NCBI GenBank assembly: GCA_964106915.2
Contig: OZ066918.1
Direction: 5' to 3' (one strand)
Source: Podarcis gaigeae
Lineage: Eukaryota
DNA: 64,000 nucleotides
The notes beneath the pieces were generated by a model. It was not told the origin of the DNA and did not search any database. It was given only the letters and a program-made list of their open reading frames with translations. The first letter of the stretch is position 1; each line of letters begins with the position of its first letter. Shown in pieces: positions 13,941 to 23,898 of this stretch. A program made the translations under genes and the position numbers.

Positions 13941-14915
13941 GGATGCCTTCTGTACTGGAAGAAGCAAAGACCACCAGTGTCGAAGCAATGATTCTTCAAC
14001 ATCAAAATTGTTGGACTGGTCATGTTGTTCAGATGCCTGATTATCATCTTCCAAAGCAACTACTTTATTTCCAAATGGAGAATGTGAAGTGAAATACTGG
14101 TGGACAACAAAAGAGGTTTAAAGACGTTCTCAAGGCAATTTTTTAAAAAATGTAATTTGTTGTTGTTTAGTCATGTCTTACTCTTCATGACCCCATGGAC
14201 CAGAGCACGCCAGGCACTCCTGTCCTCCACTGCCTCCCGCAGTTTGGTCAAACTCATGCTGGCAGCTTTGAGAACATTGTCCAACCACCTCGTCCTCTGT
14301 TGTCCCCTTCTCCTTGTGCCCTCAATCTTTCCCAACATCAGGGTCTTTTCCAGGCAGTCTTCTCTTCTCATGAGGTGGCCAAAGTGTTGGAGCCTCAGCT
14401 TCAGGATCTGTCCTTCAGTGAGCACTCAGGGCTGCTTTCCTTAAGAATGGATAGGTTTGATCTTCTTGCAGTCCATGGGACTCTCAAGAGTCTCCTCCAG
14501 CACCATACTTCAAAAGCATCAATTCTTTGGCGATCAGCCTTTTTTATGGTCCAGCTCTCACTTCCATACATCACTACTGGGAAAACCATATCTTTAACTA
14601 TACGGATGTATAGTTAAAAAATGTAATACGAACACTTATTACTGGGAAACACTTATTACTGGCCTACGAGTGCTCCAGTTGGAGACAGCCTTTACCAAAG
14701 GTGTTGTGGACTTTGAGCAACCATGAACTCAGGATGAAAAGGAGAAATGAGCTAAGAAGAAGGCACCCAGAAAGCTATCCTCACTGTGGAAGGACGTGTG
14801 GATCCAGAATTGGCCTCCATGGTTACCTACAGGCTTACTGTTAAGACCGTTTTCATGGAAAACCATCTTACTTGGCTACGATTGATCGCCAAAAAAGAAA
14901 AAGAAAGAAAGAAAG
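13941..14915 (+). mobile_element. Old RTE-clade LINE 3' fragment (non-BovB), split by the BovB insertion
   Basis: SVLEEAKTTSVEAMILQHQNCWTGHVVQMPDYHLPKQLLY...GGQQKRFKDVLKA resembles the RTE C-terminal W.GHV.RM...LPK motif; resumes after 14627; (GAAA)n-like tail; boundaries approximate. Confidence 0.75.
14157..14613 (-). mobile_element. BovB (RTE clade) LINE, 5'-truncated 3' fragment
   Basis: Minus-strand MVFPVVMYGSESWTIKKADRQRIDAFEVWCWRRLLRVPWTARRSN...; (CAA)n tail; 14-bp TSD ttaaaaaatgtaat at 14143-14156 and 14614-14627. Confidence 0.95.
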
Positions 14916-16120
14916 ATGCCTTCTGCTGCCAAGCCACTCTAGCCAATGACCTCATACATATTTTTTCAAAATGTAAGGCAGTAGGACTTTTCCAAATGTA
15001 CATCTGAAAATAAATTGTAGGTATTCACTCCCAAATAGTCTGGGATGCACAAACAGAAGTACATTGTCCTGGATTAAAGGATATGATATCCTATGCTGAA
15101 CCACATTCTAAGATAACAGAGAAGCTTGTGCTCCACTAGAATTTAGAAGTATGCATACAGTGTCACACTAGAAATATGCCATAGCGCAGACAATCTGAAT
15201 AGAATCTTCCGAGTCATATCTGGAGTGTTCCACTGGTGTACCAGTCGTGGACCTCTGTGGAATCCTGTAGCCTCTCAGTCAGCGTATCTTCAGTATAGGA
15301 TTGCCCTCTTTATCTTTCCTTAGGCATTTCCTATTAGCAGCCATGTAAATATTCATTAGTATTGCAAGCATGGAGTGGGGAGAATTTTTAAAATGTGGAA
15401 CTGAATTTGCTAAAGGTGCATGTGCATAATATTAATGCCACTGAAATGTTGGTAGTTCTGAAGGAACAATTTGCATTAACAGGGAAGCTGTTCTCCAGCA
15501 TTTATAATGGCTCCTCCTCTCTGTTAGATTACACATTTTAGAATTTTTTATTTTTTATTAGCCTGCACTTTCCCCTTGTCCTGGAAAGGCAAATGTCAAC
15601 CACATATGCAGAATTAAACTGCCTGTGCATATAGAATTTTGTACAAAATGGTATTTACATATAATCTGGGGAAAACTTTTGAGTCCAAGGTCCGCATTCA
15701 CCTTTGGGAAACCATATGGGGGCTAAATGCCAATAGTGGGTGGGGCAGCAGATGTAAATTTTAACTTGGTGCAGTGGGCTAGTTTCTTCATACATTCTCA
15801 CACTGCTCTCTATCCTCTACCCAGGCAAGGAAGAGGAATTAAAAAGTTAAACAGAAATCCACTCAACAATTACAATGAATAATTTCTAAACTATAATCAA
15901 TAAAACAACAAAAAGTCACAGTACATAAAGCAATACAGAAACATTCCAGTCAGACAGAAAGGTGTTTGAAGGAGGGTCAGGGAGGGACATGGCCTAGAGA
16001 TAAGGGTTGTGGGTGAGGCAAGAGGGGGTGGAGCATGGGTGGGCAAACTAATGCCCAGGCGCTGGATCTGGCCCAATCGCCTTCTCAATCTGGCCTGCGG
16101 ACGGTTTGGGAATCAGCGTG

Positions 16121-16880
16121 TGTCAGGGGTTCAGAAGGAGAGACACAGGAGGGGGAGCAAACGGAGAGTGAGGAGGAGGAGTACGAAGGGGGCGCAGGCA
16201 GTGACAGTGGCCAGAGTTATTCCACAAGCCTCTCTAGCGAATCGGAGGACTCACAGAAGGGAGCGCCGGTGGCCAGAGTGAGGGAGGCTCCAGGGGGGAA
16301 GCCCCAGGAGGAAGGGGCCAGCGGGGAGTCCCTGAGCAGCAGTTGGAGATCAGGACCAGCGTCTCCACCAGAGCGCAGTGGGGAGGGGGAGTCCCAGGAG
16401 TCGGGACCAGTGTCCTCACCACCAGAGGGAGGAGAGGAGTCAGGTTTGGCAACGCCCACATCAGGAAGCGGGGAAACGGTCAGAAGGAAAGTCACCGGCT
16501 GGGCGCGCGCGCCAAGTTCAAATGTACAGGAGCGCGGCACAGCGGGGAGCCCGGGAAGGGAGCCAGGTCCTAAAGCCCGCCGGAGGGAGGGGCAAGACTC
16601 AGGAGGCTCAGCGTCAGAGGAGTCCAGGAAGGAGGGAACCCCAGAGGGCAGAAGGACCCAGCGAAGGAAAGAACAGCGTAGGAGGTGGAGCCGGGCTAGA
16701 ATCTTGAACTGGTGTGGGTGGAGCAGTGAGTCAGAGGGGACTTAGCCGGTCTAGCGTCGAGACGTGGGTCTGCGCGCCCAGAGCTTGGAAATGGAAACTA
16801 AACTTTAATAAAGACTTTTGTATATAACATCCACTGGGCGTTGGTCCTCTGTGAGCTGGGACCTAGCGGCAGTCCTGACA
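16121..16880 (+). mobile_element. Solo LTR (760 bp), probably Gypsy-type, young
   Basis: Ends tgtcagg...cctgaca; perfect 5-bp TSD GCGTG at 16116-16120 and 16881-16885; AATAAA at ~16807; many unmutated CpGs. Confidence 0.9.
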
Positions 16881-16980
16881 GCGTGTTTTTACATGAGTAG
16901 AGTATGTCCTTATATTTAAAATGCATCTCTGGGTTATTTGTGGGGCCTGCCTGGTGTTTTTACATGAGCAGAATGTGTGC

Positions 16981-17394
16981 CTGGAGGAAGAACTGTGAGG
17001 GGAGAGACTCCATCAGGCAAGGCCTCCTTCCACCTGCCTTGCTCCACCCTTTAGTTTCTGCTTCTCAATTTTATTGTATTGCTTTATGTACTGTGACTTT
17101 TTGTTGTTTTATTGATTATAGTTTAGAAATTATTTATTGTAATTGTTGAGTGGATTTCTGTTTAACTTTTATATGTTGATATTATTATTTTGTACTATTC
17201 TAATAATTGTTGAATGTTACTTTTTGATGTAGGTTGCTTATTTTAAAGTATTGTTTTATTATCACATTTTTGTATTGCATTATATTGTTATAAGTTGTAT
17301 ATTTTTTGTTTCTTCAGCTTGTAAACCACCTTGAGTATTGTAAGAGAGAAAGACGGAATACAAATAAAAAAAACGATAACGATGATGATGATGC
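16981..17394 (+). mobile_element. L2-like LINE 3' UTR fragment
   Basis: T-rich UTR ending tgtaaaccaccttgag...gacggaatacaaataaaa plus (GAT)n; splits the host MITE unit at tgtgtgc|ttttatttaaaat. Confidence 0.7.
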
Positions 17395-19129
17395 TTTTAT
17401 TTAAAATGCATCTCTGGGTTATTTGTGGGGCATAGGAATTTGTTCATCATTCCCCCCAAAAAATATAGTCCGGCTCCCCACAAGGTCTGAGGGACAGTGG
17501 ACCGGCCCCCTGCTGGAAAAGTTTGCTGACCCATGGTGTGGAGCTATAGAGGCTTGGATTTGGACTCCAGGCCTGAAGCTCACCCCCCTTGGTCTAGGCC
17601 CTGTGCTGTCCATGACAACATGCCTAAAGAGTGCCACCACTCTTTAAGTGCAAGATAGATCTGGCCCATGTCCCTTTCTTATCAGAGGGGAGGGCAGTGA
17701 ACACACAGTCATGCTGGATTTAGGGTGGTGTGGGTGGTTCTTCTGCACAGGGTTCTGAGCTAAAGGGAAAGTAATAGTAACAATGATAATAATAATAATA
17801 CCTATATTTATACAGGTACCTACTCAAAGTAAGGCCCTGGTCAGATGGCAATTGAGTTGCCGCAACTATGATGTAGTTCACTTGAGAGCATGTGCAGAAC
17901 AGAAGGCAAGAGGGGAGAGAGGGTGACAAATAAATATTTAGGGCATCAAATTTTGTCCTCAATCAGGGCACCATATTACCAAAGTCCACCTCTGCATACA
18001 TGATTGGCTTTTTCTGAACTGCCTCTCACACCAAGGGAGCAGTCACCCAACCCTCACTGTTGACTTTCCATCGCCTGGTTAAAAGGAAGCTTTTTTCAGC
18101 AAGCTTGCTCTGCAGACTGACTCTCTGTCTGTCTCATCTATATGTTTCTGTCTAGGTGTTTTTCCACTGTGAATTTTACCATCTGGCTGTTTTATTGCGG
18201 AGCCTTCTTGTATTTCAGTTTTGTAAGCAACTTCAGGTGCTATGTGAACTGCAGATAATTCAGTATATAAATATTTAAATATGTATCCCCCAGGTGGGCT
18301 TAGGAAGGGGTGGAATCCTGAAAACTCAAAGCAAGAGTTAGTTGTTTATTAGGCTTGGTATAAACATATAACAGCTCAGCCCCATATTTGTCTACACAGA
18401 AGTAAGACCCACGGAGGTCAAAGGGGCTTACTCCCAGGTAAGCAAGCAGGGCACCAGCCATCGCTTATCTGACCAGAGGAACCACTCCTGTCACTGTAAC
18501 CTAAACATCCAGCTGGGTTGATGACAGGAATGGTCTATGAGGATCGATTCACATTTTGATTTGGGGTGGCTTTTACACATGAGATTTCTACTCATGTGAG
18601 CAACAAAATTTGTAGCCTGTGGAATCTGAAACAATGTTAATGATCTCACTCTGTCATAAATTTTGGAACATCAGAGACCTTAGAATTCATGGCTGCTTTA
18701 GTTCCGCATGCTGCAAATACTTTACTAATTATTCTTTTCTACTACACTTCAGTGCAATTTAGTTCATTACCTTGCTGGTTATCCAGTGCTAGTGCCTGAT
18801 GTGTCCACCTGTCACCCTAATTTATTACTCTCACTGCTGGCGTCTCTACTACCAATTTTGTCAAGTCCTCTTGAAAACATCTTCCTGCTTGAACCTTAAT
18901 TGGTCTTTCCATGCCATCTCTCCCTGCCTAAGCCTGCCTTGCATTCTTGGACATAGAGTAAAACCTGACATTTGACAAATCTGCTTTAAGTACCCTAAGT
19001 TAAGATCTTTAAATTCCTATTGATTTCAGTGGGGGAGTCCAGCAATTACTTGACTCTAGTCTCTTCTCGGTGAAATTATTGAGATGCAAGAGCTTAACAT
19101 GGGTAGGATCATGTCCAAGAAAACCACTA

Positions 19130-19445
19130 GGGAATAACTATACCTCAGTTGTGGAGCACCTGCTTTGCATGCAGAATGTCTTGGGTTCAATTCCTGGAAT
19201 CTCCACGGAGGGATGGGAATGTCTGAAATACTGGAGAGCCATTGCTAGTGTAGACCAAGTATGGGGAGCCTTTACCCCTGAGATGTTATTGAAGTACAAC
19301 TCCCATCATCCCTAGCCATTGGTCATGCTTGCTGAAGCTGATGGGGGTTGCAGTTCAGCAACATCTAGAGCTCCAGCAGTTCATCACCCTTGGAGTAAAC
19401 AATACTGAACTAAATGTGGGGTATGGTAGCTTCTTATGTTCCTAC
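19130..19445 (+). mobile_element. Degenerate tRNA-derived SINE (Squam3-like) split by a short hAT MITE at ~19255-19392
   Basis: tRNA-like head ctcagttgtggagcacctgctttgcatgcag...ggttcaattcctgg (A/B boxes); tail aacaatactgaacta...cttcttatgttcct. Confidence 0.6.
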
Positions 19446-20426
19446 ACTCAAACTACTGTGTCCCATGTCTCTTGGCAGGCGCAAGGGATGAAACATATCT
19501 ATTTCATCATGACTCCCTCCTATGAAATAGCAGAGACACCCTTAAGTTCCAGTTTTCTCAGATGAAAACTAAAATGGCAGATGTTAGACATATTCAGGAA
19601 TTCAGCCTAATCTGTGTGGAAGAGGCTGGATGCACACATTATCAGGGTTCCCAATCTCAAAGAGGCTTCTAACTTGCTATACTCCCTTACCCCTCCACAC
19701 ACTTTTAATCTGTGCATGTTCTGGCAAACATCTGAAGAGGGCTATAGTTCATTCAGTAAAGCAGTGTTACTCATTAACTGGATTATTCATGCTTTTTTAT
19801 TTGTGTTTCTAACCCTTGAGTTAGCAAAGGGAATGTGAAAAGAAATGGACTATATCCCATAGGGACTTAAAAGCTTTTAATGAGTCCTATAATTATTTAT
19901 TGTTCTTTTCAAAAACACATTGTGTTGTTTACCTAAGATTTTTTTTTTGAAGTTGATCACATTATTCTGCCTGGCATTGCATCTGCTTAGACAAGGAGAA
20001 CATCTCAGCATAGTCACATACCCAAATAGCATTCTGCGCTTTTAATCCCTTTTTGTATAGCTTCCCAATCTCCTTGCCTTCTCTTATGCTATAATGATCC
20101 TCCTGTCCTTTTATTCTCTGTAGACTCCATCATCCCCAAGTAAGTCACCAGCATTTTAATAGCTGAGAACTTAATTATAATTTGAAACAGAGCCACCTAA
20201 CTACAGATTTTGCTAGGAGCTTCTGTGGGGAATAAAAAAATTAATTTGGTGAAGCATCCAATTACTTGTTCTAAGGGCAAAAGAAAATCATATACATGCC
20301 ACTGTTAAAACCTGTATTATGTGCTCAGAAATAAAAGACACCAGCCATAGATATCTACTGTACAGCTGGTGTCCCCCACTCACCGTATATTTTTGCCAGA
20401 ATGAGCTGCCTATTTCTCTGCAAACT

Positions 20427-20825
20427 AGAATAACAGAATCATAAAACTGTACAGTTAGAAGATACCCAAGAGTCATCTACTCCAACCCCCTGCAATGCAG
20501 GAATCTCAACTAAAACATCCAGGACAGATGGCCATCCAATCTCTGCTTAAAAACCTCCAAGGAAGGAAAGTCCACTACCTCCAGAGGGAGTCCATTCCAC
20601 AGTTCTTAACAGTCAGAAAGTCCTTCCTGGTGTTTAGTTATAATTTCCATTCTTGTAACTTGAAGCCATTGGTTCAGGTCTTACCCTCCAGAGCAGGAGA
20701 AAACAAGCTTGCTCCATCTCCCAAGTGGCAGCTCTTTAGATATTTGAAGATGGTCATATCTCTTCTCAGTTTCCACTTTTCCAGGCTAAACATACCCAGA
20801 TCCTTCAACAGCTCTTCATAAGGCC
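20427..20825 (-). mobile_element. CR1 LINE 3' fragment
   Basis: Reverse complement of a CR1-type 3' end (agaatcata...gtcatctactccaaccccctgc...ggccatccaatctctgcttaaaaacctcca). Confidence 0.8.
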
Positions 20826-23766
20826 TCAAAGCTTACCTGGAGGTTTGACTATATTGGGTTTTAATGGGCACTAATTCTGATTTGTTCACAAGGAGGTTAC
20901 GTATATGCCAATGAGCATTCATCCTGATTTGCTTGTGGGTGTTTTGAATTCAATGAAACTGAAATGCAATAAAATTCAATATAAGAACTAAAAGAAGCAA
21001 TAAAATACAAGTAAAGATCACACTGCATCTAGCACAGCGTATTGCAAATGCTACGTACAACCAGCAGAAAACCTGTTAAGTGATCCCCCAAGAAGACCCT
21101 TTCCAATTTTTGAGTGGTCCGCGAGAAAGAAAAAGTTTGGGAATCATTCCTCTAAATGCATTCTTAGAGTAATGAAATGAGTGTTACTCAGCAGAACACT
21201 CATTTCAGTTAGAGTCAAGAAAGTGTGTGTTCTCTATATCTACAACTCAGCATGAAATCCATATGGTGTCTGGCACAAAATCTGGCATCCTGACAAACTC
21301 AGTTCTTATTGTTTTACAAGCAAATCACTAGCCTTCTAGCTGCAGAGGAAAGCTTAAGGGTGTATGGACAGTATCTGGTGAAATCTACAAAGCTAGCAAG
21401 GTCCAGATTCAGGAAAGACATGGCATTCCAATGCTCAAGAAGTATGACTTCAATGTCTTGCATTCTTCTTATTTCACTGTCACAAGTGTTCTTTCCAGGA
21501 TACTACGCTTGCATTTCCACACTTATTATTTTGTACGGGTGCACCGCTCTAAATTTGTAACCCCATTATGAATGTGTCCTATACAGTGTCAGAACCACCC
21601 AATGCTCACTTATCCTAGGCAGCTGAACTGCCTTCCAGAGGTCACCTAGCCACCTTTACCATTGTTTCTATCTTCACTCTCACAGATTAGACATGCAAGT
21701 GTTGTCCGTTGCTAGCTGGTTCTTGCTCCTCCGCTCCCCCTATCGCCCAGGCTCATTGATCGGTACCAGATGTACTGGTCACTGATGCCGTTTGACCTGA
21801 TATCCTGGGAAGAACACACACAGGGAGAAGGGCTTCTCGTGCCTGTCAGTTCCACACCCCCTCCATGTTCATTGATAAAGTCCTAAAACCAATTGTTAAG
21901 CCGAAGTTCCCGACAATTCTTCTAGGGTCTTCAGGGAAGGTTCATGGTGTACACCGTGTACACCATATATATACAGTGTGCACTGCAATACTTGCTCCTG
22001 GAGAAATCAAGTTAATAGATTTTACTGTCCAAAAGCAGGGCAAAGCAAGGTTCAGAGAGGTCCTCAATTAAGTGAGAAGAGAAAGCTCTCCTCCTCCCTC
22101 TCACACACTGGCCACTCAGCCCTTGGAGAATGACACCTTTGTAATCTTTCAAGACTGTCGCCTTTTAACGTATAACATGTCAAACGTGAAAGCTGAGAGA
22201 AGACGTACAATGAGGTTACAAGCTGCATGAGACATAACGCTGCCTAAGCCTTTGCCCATCCGCCTCTTGTTACACTTCTTTCAACTAATTGTTCTCACAT
22301 TGATTCCCAATCTTTCCCTTTGCCTGGTTGTGTGACAGCCTGCACTACCACTGTCAGCATTTGTTACATTGTCCATTGTACAGCCTCTTGTCCAGTCTCC
22401 CATCAATTGACTTTCCTGTCATCACCATTTATGTTTCAGACATCATTGTTTCTGCACAACTTAAAGTTCAGGGACACTTTCCACAGCAATTTATTTTCCT
22501 CCTCCTCTTCCTTTCCAATTATTATCACTCCCATTTCCAGTTCTTCCACAGTTGCATTGTTCCAAGTTTGCAAATTTGCTGCCTTACAGAATAGGTTTTT
22601 CTATAGCAGCATCCTCTAACGAGGCCTTTCTTACTGAACTTAGGTGCATGACTGAGACTTCCTTGCTCCAGCAGGCATATTAAGGTAGCGTTTGTTTTTA
22701 TGAGAACTATTTCATTTCGCGTGGTTTGTTTTTATGTTCACCACCTAGAAATGCATATTATTAAGCAGTATATAAATCCCTAAAATAAATCAGCAGTTTG
22801 TTAAGATTTTGCATTATCTGTAACATTTGTCAAAATATGATGCTTTGGATTGCTTTATAAGTATTGTAATCCTTTGCCCCGGGGCTGTGCTATATTTGTT
22901 GGATATTGAACAAATTCTTATTTGTGAAAGTTCTAAATGTTAGTTTCCATCTGCAAATTTCCACTAACAACTGGAGACTCACCCAGATGCAAGATTGGAC
23001 CATAATTGTAACAGAGATAAAGATTCCCTTTTGCATTTTGAGACTGAGGCAATATAGGTTAGCTGACAGATTCAGATTTTAAATATTTAGGCCTTGCTTC
23101 TGTCTTACCCAGAATGTAAATTAAGTGTACTCAGCTCACTGAAGCCAGGTGCCACGTCAAAAAAAGAGGAGAATTCATTTCATTGTTTCCTTATTGTCTA
23201 ATTAGGTTGTAGCTGATTATCTGTGACATGCTTTTCACAACACCTGACAAGGTAAAAGTAAAATACACGATTCCATAGAGCTCTCGTGTCAAGTTTCCGG
23301 AGCAAAAGGAAATGCTGATGATCTGCTTCCATAAGAACCTCTTTATAGATCTGCCACCAAAATTTAAAAGAAATTGAAATTCAGGTTCAACGTTAGCTTT
23401 ATTAACACATCCAGCTGAGCACTGGGGAGAGACTGTGCCCACAATCCCTGATCCTGAATTCTGTGCAGCTAAAGGTGTAAAAGGACCTCTATGCAATCAA
23501 GCTATTTGGTGTGTAGGCAATCTTTGCCCAGTAGGAAACACTGCAAAAGGAGGCTCCCTGTTCATGTGTTGGCATTGTTCAGCTGTTCTGCTGAACTCAC
23601 AGAAGCCTTGGGTAACCTTCAGACATAATGCCGCTCCCACTTCATGCATTAAGTGAAGACATGGAAATGGTGTGAGCACAGGACTGCCCCCTATCATTAG
23701 GCGTGTTGAGTTTTGTGGCTCATGAGCAGGGCAGTGGATTATGCGCTCCCCCTCCATATTACCTTC

Positions 23767-23898
23767 AGGAGACATCTGAAGGCACCCCTGTATAGGGTAG
23801 CTTTTTAAGGTTAAATTTTTACTATATTTTTTAATATGCTGGAATCTGCCCAGAGTGGCTGGGGCAACCCAGTCACATGGGCAAGGTACAAATTATCA
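23767..23898 (+). mobile_element. Short L2 3' end
   Basis: agacatctgaaggca...cccagagtggctggggcaacccag matches the 3' ends at ~9390-9490 and 46465-46636. Confidence 0.7.

Larger units (their letters stand above)
16034..17535. mobile_element. hAT MITE interrupted by a solo LTR and an L2-type tail
   Basis: TIR catgggtgggcaaact / agtttgctgacccatg; 8-bp TSD gggtggag (16026-16033) vs gtgtggag (17536-17543); internal tandem unit gtgtttttacatgag...tttaaaatgcatctctgggttatttgtggggc present twice. Confidence 0.88.
15660..17591. mobile_element. Old hAT-like MITE remnant hosting nested insertions
   Basis: Pieces at ~15660-15841, 15938-16033 and 17544-17591 read as one diverged MITE once the nested elements are removed; ends approximate. 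Confidence 0.5.

Noticed and set aside
13646-14617. Cluster of 84-148 aa ORFs
   Set aside because: RTE/BovB LINE remnants, not host genes
16035-16745. 236-aa ORF as an annotated host CDS
   Set aside because: It is a chimera of a MITE TIR and a solo LTR with low complexity; kept only as a finding
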